Assembly (NCBI GenBank): GCA_003971905.1 | Contig: RSEE01000087.1 | Coordinates: 124,001 to 188,000, forward strand | Length of the DNA stretch: 64,000 nt | Origin: Moniliella sp. 'wahieum' | Lineage: Eukaryota | Direction: 5' to 3' | Shown: piece by piece, positions 1 through 12,077 of the stretch | How the letters are laid out: every line of letters starts with the position of its first letter | How positions within the stretch are numbered: the first letter of the stretch is position 1 | The notes under the pieces: generated by a model | What the model was told of the DNA's origin: nothing | Databases searched by the model: none | Seen by the model: the letters and a program-made list of their open reading frames with translations, nothing else | Program-made: the position numbers and the translations under genes

Positions 1-875
1 TCCGCCCTCGTGGCTCCAGCACTCGCCTATCGCTCACCCTCACCTTCGATGCACTCAGCCCGCTCCCTCACCCCCGCCTTCCTTCCTCCCCGGCCGCATT
101 CCGGCCTGTCTCGTCCCCGCCGGCCCTCCACTCTCCATCAACAAGGCACCCAGTCGTACCCCGTCAGGACGTCCTTTGCCCCCTGCCCCCGCCGGTCGTA
201 CCCCGTCACATACGAGGCGCTCTACATCCCCCGCTGCGCCGGCGCCCGGATCCCTGGGGCAAACGGTGGCCGTGTCTTCGCCGACAACTGCCGTGTCTCC
301 TTTCGAGAGTGGTGCAGAGGAGGCACGATGGCGGTCGAGCGGGCGCGCGTGCCAGTGCCTAGCTCGCAATCCCGGCCGTATTCGGGACAGGAAGCGCGTG
401 TACGAAGGCGGGAAGAAGAACGCCTGTATCGTACCATGCACCATCGGTTCAGTCTGGTGCGAACGCCAGCGTCGGTGCGCGTCGTCTGTCGGTCCCTCAT
501 GCGCGCATGATGATCCCAGTGTGCTGCTGGCTGGAGCCGCCGGAGCTGGTATGGCTGGCGTGGTCGCAAAGCATCTTGCAACCGCGTGCGAGTGCGCTGT
601 ACGCGCCCTCGGAAGGCAGTCGCGCCTCCTCTCCCACTCCGTCGGAACGACTGTTTGCGCCCGAGGGGCAATGGGCGTGCCCCGGCGTATCGGCTGTCGC
701 AGACTCGCCCTTCAATTTCCCCAGTTCCGATTCGCTCTGAGCTAGCCCCCATCTCTGGTGCCTCTTACGCGCCATACCCCTTCTCCCTCATGTCATCTAT
801 GCTCTACCTTTGTCGATTGAAGTCGTTTGGCTATTTTTTTTTCGCGGGAGCACAGACCGTGCGTGCTACATTTAG

Positions 876-1157
876 GGAAGGAAAGAAAGGAAAGGAAAGA
901 AAGGAAAGGAAAGGAAAGGAAAGGAAAGGAAAGGAAAAGGAAAAGGAAAGGAAAAAGGAAATAAAAGGAAAGGAAAGGAAAGGAAAGGAAAGGAAAAAGG
1001 AAAAGGAAAGGAAAGGAAAGAAAGGAAAGGAAAGGAAAGGAAAAAAGGAAAGGAAAGGAAAGGAAAGGAAGGAAAAAGGAAAGGAAAGGAAAGGAAAGGA
1101 AAGGAAAGGAAAGGAAGAAAGGAAAGGAAAGGAAAAGGGGAAAGGAAAGGAAAGGAA
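876..1157 (+). repeat. (GGAAA)n polypurine microsatellite, ~280 bp
   Basis: Near-continuous GGAAA/GGAAAA units. The K/E/R/G-rich and F/L/S/P-rich ORFs over it are artefacts of the repeat. Confidence 0.97.
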
Positions 1158-1456
1158 TGTGAAAGGAGGATGCCAATAGTCAAAGCCAGCCGAGAGGTAG
1201 AATGCATGTCATGTGACAAGGACAAGGCACGTGCCAAGCCACGGGCAGATGCACGCTGATGCATGCACGCGGAAGCAGCCCTAGGCCCAACCCTAGCGGC
1301 GCCGCGTACGTCAGCGCCACGGGAGGGAGCAAAGCAGAGGAGCAGGCACGAGGGCGGTCAGGCCCACACACAGGCCGCCACAGCGCGTGTGGGATTGGGG
1401 GGCTCCTAACTCGGTCTGAGTACTCACAGCAGCCCCAGCAGACCACCGCCGCCGCC

Positions 1457-4400
1457 ATGCACAACGCACCCGCCGCCATGCCCACGCCCCCCGCCATGCT
1501 CGCCTCCGCCGAGGCCGCCTACGCCTACCACGACCCCATCTCCACCGCCGTCGCCGCCGCCCTCCAGCCGCCTCGCCCGCGCCGCCTCGCCCCCGCCCAC
1601 GCCTACTGCGCCTGCGCCACAGCCCCAGCCGCCGCCCCCGCCGCTCCCCATCCCGCCCCACCTCCCGCCCCACCTCCAGCCACACCCAGCCGCATACCCG
1701 CACGCCCGCCGCCCCCGCCCCTCCCGCCCCTCCAGCCCTCCCGCACCCCCCCACGCACCCCGCTCCCTGCCCGCCACCCCTCTGCCCCGGCCCCCGCCCC
1801 ACCCCTCCGGCCTGCCCACGCCCACGCCCACGCCACGCCCTTCGACCACGCCTATGCGCCCAGCCATCCCCCTACGCGTACCCGCCCCACCCCAACTCCT
1901 CCCCGCTGGCCCCGCGCCCACCCCCCTGCCGCAGCCTCCGCGCCCACACCCACACCCGCCTCCGCCCTCGCTTCCGCTGCGGCTCCGCTTGCGTCTCCGC
2001 TCCCGGCCCCGCTCCCGCCCCGATTCCGCCCCGCTCCCCAAGCCCCAGGCGCAGCAGCCCATGCGCCCTCCTCATCCGGCTGCCCTCTCCGTATCAGAGC
2101 GGCCTTCCGCCCCCTCCTACCTCCGCCCGCCTTGCCCCGCCCCGCCCCCCTCCCTTCCCGCCTCGGCGCCTGCCGTCATACCATGCCCACGCCCCACGCA
2201 TCGTTCCAAGCCTTCTGTCGTCCTTGGCCTACCAACTCGTCACCTTCAGTTTTACCCCCGGGCACTCATTTACCCCCGTCCAGCTCGGCGACGCCATTCT
2301 CGCGCTCATCCTGCCTCGCATCCGCACCATCTATGCTGCTGTCCCTCCCATGTTTGCTTCAGCCTAGACGGCAGCCCCGCCGCCCCCGCAACGAAACAAC
2401 CATCCAAGAAGCGGGCCGACGCATGGCCATTATCCTCGCTTCCGCCCTCCAGGGCGAAAACTTTGTCGTGTCGAGGATCACCGATGAGCGCCAGATCGCA
2501 GACCATCTGCTGGCTGCCCAGTTTCAATGGATGCCATTGGGCGAGGAGAGGAGACAAGACCCCCACGACCTCTGGTTTGTGCCCCTATGTCGTCGCCGGC
2601 ACCACCTTGGAGCCCGAACACCCCGCACGCTGTCTTCCCAGCTTGGCCCGCTGCTATTCCCTCTCTGCCCTACCTCCTCTCCGGGCGCACGGACCTGCTA
2701 TGCCCCCACCTGCCCTGCCGCGCTGGCGGCCAACTGAAGGTGACCAACCCCGAGAGGGAACGCCATCCACCTCTCCCCCATGCTTCTCTCATCCCACCCG
2801 AGGCGTCAACGCCGATCAGCTCGCCCTCTGTGCATGATACAGGATTTCACCCTATGTGGCCGGAACCTTCCATCCAACCCTGTCCCCGCCCGATTCACCT
2901 GGAATGGGGCCGTCTTCTCCTCCTCCGCCCCCCACGTAGCCCACTCCCCGTCACAGGCAACGTTCAAGTCGCACGTCTCCCACTCACTTGCGACAATCTT
3001 GAATCCCTCCGCCCCTGCCGAGACCGAACGGCACCAGTCCGAGTCTGCGCTGTCCTCACATCTGGATCGCGTCCTCAGCGTAAGCCAAACACCGAGTCAG
3101 TCGGTCCCTGTGCATTCGGAAGCAAGCAGCTCGTCCCCTATCGATGATCGGCCGGCGAACGAGCGGCTGAACGCGGCACTGGAGAACATTCTTACACTTG
3201 ACGTGGACCATGCACAGAAAAAAGAGTGGGCGCAACTGGTCTTGGGCGACGCCGCTTTGTCCACCCACACGAAAGAGAAAAGGAGGAGGAAATCACAAGG
3301 CAAAACATGCTGTACGAGTTTTGCTACTACCACGCTTCCTTTGTCGCCGATCTGCGGTTGCTACGCACGGTACTGCTTCCGATGGTCGAAGGGGGGCGTG
3401 CTCCTTCTTTGTCCCCTTCCATCTCTACCCCTCCGGTTGTGCGCACGACAACAAGCACAAGCCTCGACTCTGTTGCGAGCAAGGCCACCGCCCGCTTTTC
3501 AGCCGCATCCCCCATGCTGGCTAATTCTCTTGGTACTTCTCTCAGCGGTTCGCACCAGAGCAGTCCGCCACTTGGGCGAGCGGGAAAGTCGGCACAGCGG
3601 ACGAATTGGTGCACGCAAATGATGGCACGGGCGGATGACCTGTTGAAGGTGGCGGAACCTTTTTGATCAAATTGCAGCAACGCGTGCTCGCCTCGGGAGA
3701 GCGGGGGTACATCTCGGGTCTGGGGGATCTGGTCCTGGAGTATGTGGCGAGCGAGCCGTTGTGGCGCGCTGTGTTGGGCTACATTGCCATTTACCCCATG
3801 GCAACTGTGATGCTGGACTTGGAGGTGATCCGCAACCCACGCTTTGCCAATTTGGTCGAGTCAATTGCCAAGTAGGCGGCATGCGGAAGCGGACGCTCAA
3901 GGCGGTTATCGATCGTGCCCGAACCACGTTTGCCCAGTACCCCTTCTCGCCCGCGCTCCCCTCAAGCTGACCAAACCTGGCTGATGACCGAGGAGGAAGC
4001 GCGGACCGAGACGTACTGATGGAACGAGCGTTGCAAATCATGGCCGAGCTGTGGAGCGGATCAACAATGAGATTCTGCCCCCTGAAACAGAACGGGCCAA
4101 CGCGTTCCGCTTGCACCATACCTTGCTGTGGAAGGCCAACCCGTCCATCGGAGACGCCATGATGATCCAGAGTTTGGGCTTGAACCGACCGAATCGGAGG
4201 TTGGTACTCGAAACCCCATCTACTCGTTTCAGCAACAAGGACCTTCGCATCGTGGTCACCGACTCGTATCTACTGATCCTGAGGCGGTCGAGGTCCCGCT
4301 CAAAGTCCTCCTCCTTCAATCCGGTTCGCCAGGCGACGTGACCGACTCCTTCGCGACGACCGCACCCCTTCCAGAGTCCGACCCCGCCCTTGAAGGTCGC

Positions 4401-6020
4401 ACGGCGACGGGATTCCGGTTCTTCCAAGCGCGTACGTTTTAACCCCCCTTCAGCCCCCACCCTCCTGGAGCGACTGAAACTGTTAACGATACTGACTCTG
4501 TCTGCAGCCAATCCCGCTCGAGACGGTGCAAATGGGTTCGTTTAGTGGCGAGGCGCAGATGCACGGAGAGCTGGAGCGATATCCTTTCTATGTGGGGCAT
4601 GTGGCGCACGGAATCCAAATTCTGTTCTGTGCGACCAAAGCGATGCGAGAGCAGTGGAGAAGACGCTGCAGGATCGGATCGATCAACGGCAGATTGCGCT
4701 CAGCTCCCGAGCCCCTCATGCAACTCAACTGTTGACCAACGAGAAATTTGGCGCGGCGCGTGCGGGCACGGTCGGCCTTTCCTCCACCCCGGCACCCAAC
4801 ATGCAGTTGACCGGAGACCTGGTCAAGGCCATCGTTTTCCACACCCATGATGGTCGGGAGCTCGTGGCAGTCGCTGGGCGGATCGGGGTGTGGGTGGGGT
4901 GCGCGGCGCGGAATGATGAAGCAAGTGCTGCATGCGCCCAATGTAGAGGACATGGCCTTGTTTGCTCCCACCCGCGGCGGCGCGTACCAAGGCACACTGA
5001 TTCTTCAAACGGGCACCGACGTACACGCCTATGCGCTCGCCTCGATTTCCCCCTCGAGCTCGGTTTCGTCGGTGCAGGGGGACAAGAAGGTGCAGCTCAA
5101 CAAGAAGCGAAGGGACGAAGTGGGGTTCTTTGCGAGGTAAGGTGGCCCATAAACCTGCGCTATCTTGCAACAAAAGGGAAAATGGGGGTTCCGCCAACTC
5201 CGCCTTTCGCCCGCCGAGAGTGGAGGTGGGGGTCATTCGGGCATGCGCCGCTTCTCTCGGCTCCAAGATCCAATGTGGAGATGCGGTGCTGGAAGAAGCT
5301 GAACCCTTCTTTACCGACAACGCAACCCGTCTCGCATCCAATTTTACCGTACTGACCTGGCCGTCATTCACGAGGCGGAGTGGACATTATCGATGCCGAT
5401 CTCACCAAGGTGCCCATCAGTCTACCCGATTTTGCCTTGACGTCCGGGGCCGTGCGGGACCTCAGTGATGGTGGCTACCGGCGCGACCGTCCCTCAGGCA
5501 GCGAGATGCGCAACAACTCTGCCATCACCAAGGAGACGTTCCAAGGTACGCCCAAGATGAGCGTGGCGCGGAAAGAGTTGGATGGGAGCAAAGTGTTGGC
5601 CATGTTCTCCGTGCCCAAGCCCGGGAGCAAACGCGACCGCAACATCCTCCTTGTCTATCGCAAGTATGGCATTTACGTCTTGTCCGATGCCGATGGCAAG
5701 GCCGGCACGCCCGACCGACTGCATGAAGCGTTCCGATGGGAAGGGGAGCCGGAAAGTGTGGTGTTGCATGGCCACTACCTGATCGGAATCAGTCCCCGCT
5801 TGATTGAGATCCGCAGGGTCAACGGACGCTTGGAACAGGTGATCAAGGGCCGCAATTGGTCCCTTGTATCGGGGGATGTGGTGCTGGTGCCGCGTCCGGG
5901 GGAGGAGGTACGCGGAGCAGACCCACCAGTGCCCGTGTTGGTCAGCCAGCGGATCCTTGCCCTACCAACTCGGCTTATGATGAACAGACCATCTTTGAAC
6001 TGGTCTTCCGCACCGCATGA
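1457..6020 (+). CDS. Rho GEF of the Rom/Tus1/Rgf type (Pro-rich N-terminus, DH, PH, CNH), frameshifted in this assembly
   Basis: DH start EITRQNMLYEFCYYHASFVADLRLL (~3290) and DH core LGDLVLEYV...NPRFANLVESI...RARTTFAQYP. CNH hallmark FRWEGEPESVVLHGHYLIGISPRLIEIRRVNGRLEQVI (ORF 5380-6141). An alternative frame ends YDEQTIFELVFRTA-TGA at 6020. The start ATG is inferred. Confidence 0.8.
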
Positions 6021-6572
6021 AACAGATCGCTGGCTATACAAAGCCCCTCCCAGCCCCTCCCTGCCCCTTGAAACCCCACCCTCTCCAAATCGCCTTTGTT
6101 TTTCTAGGACAAACGGACATGTACCAAGTACCGACAGATGACCTGGATGGACAGTTTCGCTATGGATCTCCCCCCATTTCTGATTCTCTCGGCGCGAAAG
6201 GAACAAGCCACCAAGCGCCTGTCACCATGTTTTCAATGATCATTTGCCATCCTTTTACCACGTTGAGGATCGTCAGCGCAGACATGTAGAGGCGGGAAAG
6301 AAAAAAATACAGGGGCCTCATTCAAGAAATGTGAACTTGCTAATGCTAGCAGTAGGAAAAGAAAGTACAAAACAGCAGGCGGTGAAATGAGGCTTGTCAT
6401 GCAGGTGGACGGATCAAACATGTTGGGTAAAAGCGCTCTCAGGGAAGTATCATATGCCACCCTCTGACTTTTGGAAACACTCCAAACCCAAGGAACCAGT
6501 CCCCCCTCGCCGCGCATGTGCGCACGCCCTCGGATGTGTGAAGAGGATTGTCCATCAGAGTGGCAAATGTGC

Positions 6573-8520
6573 TCAGCCCGGGATCTTCCACATGTTCTCG
6601 CGCCACCACCGACACCGTTCGCCTCGGCCGGACTCCCACTCGTTACCCCGGACCAAACTAAAGTCATTTTGAAGGCCCGGTGCGACGTGGACAGTGGTGT
6701 TGTGGTAGCCGTAGACGTACACTGACGATGGCTGGCCACCAGTCTGGTTGAGGTTGAGCATGACCCTCCCTTTGGGGTGCCAGGGGCGCCACGACGCGCC
6801 CAGCTGGGTATCTCCCCGCCGCGGAGACGGGTACCATTGACGTGTACAAGCCGAGTGCCGTCTTATCTGTCACGGCGCCTCGTGCATCCGGGCGGGAGCG
6901 TAGGAGTGCCAGTGAGAATGTAGGTGCGCCAGATGGATTGGAAGGCGCGCGGTACTGCTGGCCCAATCGCGCCAACTGCCACGGTTGGCCCTGGTTGGAG
7001 AAGATGGCTGGCACGTCGCTTGCATGGATGGCCGGCACGACCGAGTGCTGGTACTTCCAGCTGCGTCGTGTGGGAAGGAGGAATATGCGTCGGCCAACCA
7101 ATACGAAGGACAAATGTACGTCGATTCGGCCAGCAGAGTATCTGCCAACGCTTGCGCACCTACCCCAGTCGATTGGACCGAGCTACTGGCCGGCGCACCA
7201 AATCCGTCCGTAGCAAACGTCTCGTTCTTCCCCAGTTCAGCTAGTGGGAGGTACAGAGCGAGGGCCTCGTCCAGGCTGGTGCCGAGACCCGGGTAGAGCG
7301 CCGCGATCCAGCTGGTGGCTGCTGCCATGTCGGTCAAATTCTGGGCGGTAAACATTGGACCTTCTTCGGCATTGTTGCCAGTAAGCATCCGGGCCCCGTT
7401 CACCCGCTTTTGGGCCAGTAGCCGGGAAGGCAGGTCGACCAGGAGACGGTTGTCGTTGACCGGATTGAAAGCCCAGCTGGCGTACACGCCCGACATGGAG
7501 ACCGCGTTGGAAGAGGCATTGATGGCAGACAGAGGAGCTTGACGAAGACAGTCCATAGTGGAGGGGTTGTTCGGGGCAGCCGGCGCCCGCGGCAAATTGC
7601 TCAAATGCCGTTTGGGACGAGGGAGTTGTTATAGGGCACGGGTTTGTGCAGCGAAGGGGAGGAGGTGACAAGTTGGTGGAAGAGTGAGGTGCCGAGCGTA
7701 CCATTGTAGGATACTGCATGGATCATGGTTGCTCCCCCGCCTGCACTTTCGCCCCCAATGGTAACCCGGCGCGGGTCGCCGCCAAATTGGTGGATGTGTT
7801 TCTGAACCCAATGCATCACGGCCTGTTGGTCCAGCAGACCAACATTCAAATCCCCATTGTCGTGGATCTGGTTGGAAGAGGCAAAGCCCAAGGCACCTAA
7901 ACGGTATTCGAACGTGACAACAACCATCTTTTCGGACTGCGTACCATTCAAAATGAGCTCGCTCGGATCATCACGACTGTTGCCTTGGCCATAGCCTGTA
8001 TAGCGCCCCGGCACCGAGGATGACACATAAAAGGTTATCAGCGAGGCCAGGTTCAAGAACAAGGGGATAAAGGGCAAGAAGGGAAAAGGACTGAGACGTA
8101 CCCACCGTGGATCCAGATGAAGACGGGGGCATCGCAAGCGTCGGGTGAGGCATACACATTGAGAAAGAGACAGTCCTCGCTAATTGGAGGGGCGATCAGT
8201 GGAGGGAACTGCGGGACGGCATTGGCAGTCTGGGGACACTGGGCTTGGAACATGGTTGCGTTCTGCACATGGTCGTCTTGGGCAGGGGGCAAGGTGCGCG
8301 GCGCGCGCCACCGCAGTTCGCCCAAAGGTGGCTGGGCGTAGCGCATCCCCCTCCACACCCGCAGCCCATCGAGTGTGTCGTTGTGGTAGCCCTGGTAGCG
8401 GGCATACCCCAGGTCCACGACCAAGTCGGAGGTGGCGGAGGGGATGCGCATTGCCCAGGCGGCTGGAAGGAGGGGCAATGCGGCGCCGACTGCTAGCAAC
8501 GCCGACAGAAGGTGGACCAT
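6573..8520 (-). CDS. Secreted type-B carboxylesterase/lipase (alpha/beta hydrolase)
   Basis: Signal peptide MVHLLSALLAVGAAL, then GMRYAQPPLGELRWRAP, SEDCLFLNVY and WIHGG. Intron at ~7998-8101. Then YRLGALGF, GLLDQ, FGGDPRRVTIGGESAGG (catalytic Ser), HASDV and the C-terminus WESGRGERCRWWR. Several frameshifts. Confidence 0.92.
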
Positions 8521-8670
8521 GATGGCGTTGGAGAGAAGAAAAGAAGTTGAGATTAGGACTGGGAGAGAAGTTGGTTGTCCGACAAAGCTGCGGCAAAAGA
8601 GAGTGGCTCTGGAAACGGAGTGGCTTACCACAATTTGAACCCACTATATACTGCAAGCGAGGGATGCGGG

Positions 8671-8678
8671 TATATATA
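8671..8678 (-). promoter_or_regulatory. Candidate TATA box of the esterase gene
   Basis: TATATATA about 150 bp upstream of the ATG at 8520. Confidence 0.4.
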
Positions 8679-9492
8679 GCAAGTGTGCCACATACTGTAC
8701 GTGCATTTTCTCGTGTAGTGTGCTATAGTACGAGCAACCGAATGATGAGGCCGGTGATCCATGATCGACGATCGACGGACACTGCAAGTGCGAGCGGCGG
8801 CGAAGCGAAGACCCGCCTCGGTTGGGTGGGGGCACTGTGGCAGCGGAGCACTAGAGCACTGGAGCACTGGTGGGGCACGAGCGGCGTTTTGTGGGGGGGT
8901 GTGGCGTGTGGAGAAAAGGGGAGCGCTATAGGTCCGTAGCGTACGTATGTACAGGGCGTACGTAGCAGAGCTCAGCCGGTAAGCCGGTAAGCTGTAAGTC
9001 TGATGATTCGATCGATGATCGATGGGGCCAGGCAAGGCTAGTGTAGGGCCAAGCGCTCAGCCCAGGCGGCACGAGGTATGCACGGGCAACTAACAACCAA
9101 AACTTATGCAAGGGTGTACACCCGCTTGCCATCCCCCTGGATGGAGGAGAGACTCAGCACCAAACCTTCAACGTATACTCAAGACTCAGCGCACTCAGTT
9201 CATGCGTATATCAAGTGTGGACAACAGCTGGATGCAAAAACCATGACCCACGCCACTTGTTCGCCGGAAGTGGCTCTATGCTTATCTCGGCGGAACGGGT
9301 AATCTAGTAAGCACCCCACTGTGTTAATCGTGCACAGACCACTATTCTATACTGATGTGTCTCACCTTGTTATACTTCGTGTGCTGTGTGTGCCGAGCGC
9401 AGATCCCCGATAGTTGTACGGCAAATGCCTCATCATTGGGTCGCGAGGTCAGCCTCTGTGGAAACGTCGTTCTCCGTTGAGCGTTGGTAGAC

Positions 9493-9580
9493 GTTGAGTA
9501 TAAGCATCCTCTGTTGAGTATAAGCATCCTCTGTGGAGTATAAGCATCCTCTGTGGAGTATAAGCATCCTCTGTTGAGTA
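9493..9580. repeat. 20-bp tandem minisatellite, ~4.4 copies
   Basis: Unit GT(T/G)GAGTATAAGCATCCTCT repeated head to tail with no spacers. Confidence 0.95.
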
Positions 9581-10095
9581 CTGAGTGCTGGTACTGATGC
9601 ATGATGGTGCATCGGCACGAGGTGCCCCAGAGAGTCCCTGGGTCGTGCGATTCTCCTGTCGGGTATCAACGGATGAAACGTGTTGGTGCCCTATTCGGTT
9701 CTCGTTCGCCGAGCCTCAATATTCGATCGACAAAAATCCGTGCATGGACTTCTCGCGCTGCTGCTGCCATTATACATGTTACATCTCGGAAATATATGAG
9801 ATCTAATGTTTTGGGCCCCACGTTCGAGGTCGTCCACATGACACTGACAGCTTCACGTACTGGGAAGGTCATATAACCTCAACGGTGCAAGCAACTGGGG
9901 CTACTTCCGCTTCCCCATGTAGGCAGTAAAGCGGGAGGTTGTGGCCCATTGGAGAGTGTGAGAACACTGTTAGACTACTGGAGCTTTTGGTAATCGACCA
10001 TCGATCTTGACTTTTACTCTGCGGTTCTCCGAAATCGCCGGGCATTTGCACGCCCAGCACAATCGGTGCAATCCCCGCACGAATACGTCACTAAA

Positions 10096-10121
10096 GTCAC
10101 GCGTCACGCGTCACGCGTCAC
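10096..10121. repeat. (GTCACGC)x3.7 tandem repeat creating three ACGCGT sites
   Basis: gtcacgc gtcacgc gtcacgc gtcac. Confidence 0.9.
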
Positions 10122-11900
10122 CCGCCATATTTTATTCACTCCACAACTCAAAGCATGCAACACTCTCGGATCCATTCTGAGTATAGCGCACAGTACTACT
10201 GGCGCCACACCTCACCCGCCCTGGTGCGAATAAATGGTACGGTTAACGAAAGTCTCTTAGAACTTGTCTCTCCACACTCACGCATGTCACACACAATGCA
10301 TCCTTGCATACCTCAGAGGTTGGGTCCGACCGGTATTAACTTCCCCCCCCCCCAAAAAAACAGGAAGAGCCTCCCCCGGCGGTTGAGGCCTGTAATGACT
10401 TCAAGCTTCAAAATCCCCAAGAGAGCCAAGGAGGACATGATGCCCATAGTGCCCCGGTGACGGATTTATCTGAATTAGCGACCCATGCCGTACGTGACGT
10501 ACATATACTCCGATTATCCGGTGATCATCGATGAGCTACGTGTCTCGGCACAAAGTCGTTGCGGGGTAGTACTATAAAACCAACATAACCCCGAGAACAG
10601 CAGGGTATATACGCACAGCCAAAACAAGTTTACATGACCATTGTTTATAAACACGTACTGTGAGAGAGGCAGACATATTCAACCTACTCACCATGTGTAC
10701 TGTAGCTGGAACTTACAGAGGATCCTCACTAGTCACTATAGCCTCGTCCTTCGTGGGAAAAGGAGAGAGATTGAAGGTTGCTAATACCAAAAGGAAGAGA
10801 AAAAGGGGCAAAAAGAGATTCTTTGGGGGGGAAGTGGCCCCGCTATTTTATTGTGGGGCTTTAATTTCTCACGTGTGGGGCTCGCTCGGGGGTTCGGGGC
10901 AAACGGATGTCCCTAGGTGAAAGTGACATTGTGTCGATTCACGCCAGTTCGTTCCTGTCGGTCTGTAGTGGCAGATGCGAGTGGGGTTAGAGGAAAACAT
11001 GCGGCCTACTCCGAGTCGGCTTAAGGCAAAGGCGTTTTTTCCGTGTATATGGCAAGGCTAAGTACTAGTAATAGGCGCCAGCTTTTTGGAAAGAGTAATA
11101 GCGTACCTGCGGACTTCGTATTCGGAGAGAGGAGCAGCTATAGGCAAGGGATATACGACCCCCCTGTGTGGACTGGGACTGTGGAGAGCTGGAACTGAAA
11201 CTTTTGGACTAAAAATGTACTGGGCTCCCGTGGGATCCTGAAGGGAAATGGGCGAAGAACTGGCACTGTAGGATCGCGGAAGAGAATCATCGATCAAGAA
11301 GGATCCAAGAGAGGAGGGTAGGGTTTCATGAACGGGAGACAGGGGAAAGGTAGGAGGATGAAGCCATTAGGGAGCTAAAGAAGCTGACTGCCTTTTTTTC
11401 CTGGTTCATTGACGCCAGATAAAATCCACGGTGTAGACTTTACATAGCCGAGGCTTCAAAGGGAAAGCATTAAGGCAGGATTTGGGGTCAGCGTCCCGTT
11501 TTTACCCTCCGTGACATAACCTCGGTTGTCCGAACGACAAAAAGGCCCACAAACCGTCGTTGGAGGTAGTGATGGTACTGTTGTGCTGTAACCGAAACAA
11601 CTAGCCGGAAGCAGATGGACCCGGATGACTAAAATCAACAGAGCCCGCCTTCTCATGAGCACTGAGGCGAGAGCAAAACATTTTGTGGACACTATGGCGG
11701 GCACTGAAGTGATGAACACAGGATCTCAAACGAAAAGGCGTTGCCCAATAGGTGTGTGGTGGCGACAATGCAGTGGTCCAGTGCAGGTATCCATAAAGGG
11801 TTTCCCATATATGTATACTTAGTGTCACGGGCGGGCCCCGCCAGGGGGCTCACCCAGGTTCTTAGGGCACAATCCCTTAGGAGACGGAAGGACAACTCAC

Positions 11901-12077
11901 GGTAGTTTCGGGCTTGGGCTGATTGGTGAATCCGAGCGGAGCTAGGGACGAGGAGAGGCCTTTGGTGGGGGGCGGCTGCACGTGTGGCAAGGCTGCGTCT
12001 GCACCGGCTTGGGCCGTAGTAACGTGTCTGAAGCCTCCGAGGCGTAGGGACGGGATGAGGCAGCGGCGGACAAACAT
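11901..12077 (-). pseudogene. Orphan coding-like exon with a mitochondrial presequence-like start
   Basis: MFVRRCLIPSLRLGGFRHVTTAQA...LAPLGFTNQPKPETT ends at a phase-0 GTGAGT donor at 11900. I recognise no downstream exon. Confidence 0.35.

Noticed and set aside
1..745. 3' end of an upstream gene
   Set aside because: Overlapping GC-rich ORFs with no recognisable motif, so no frame can be chosen.
9000..9030. Hammerhead ribozyme (CTGATGA plus a stem)
   Set aside because: No GAAA follows the stem and the other stems are missing.
9283..9309. Helitron 3' end (CGGGTAATCTAGT)
   Set aside because: The hairpin is too weak and no matching 5' end or second copy is visible.
9493..9580. CRISPR-like array
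   Set aside because: The units are contiguous with no unique spacers, the context is eukaryotic and there are no cas genes.
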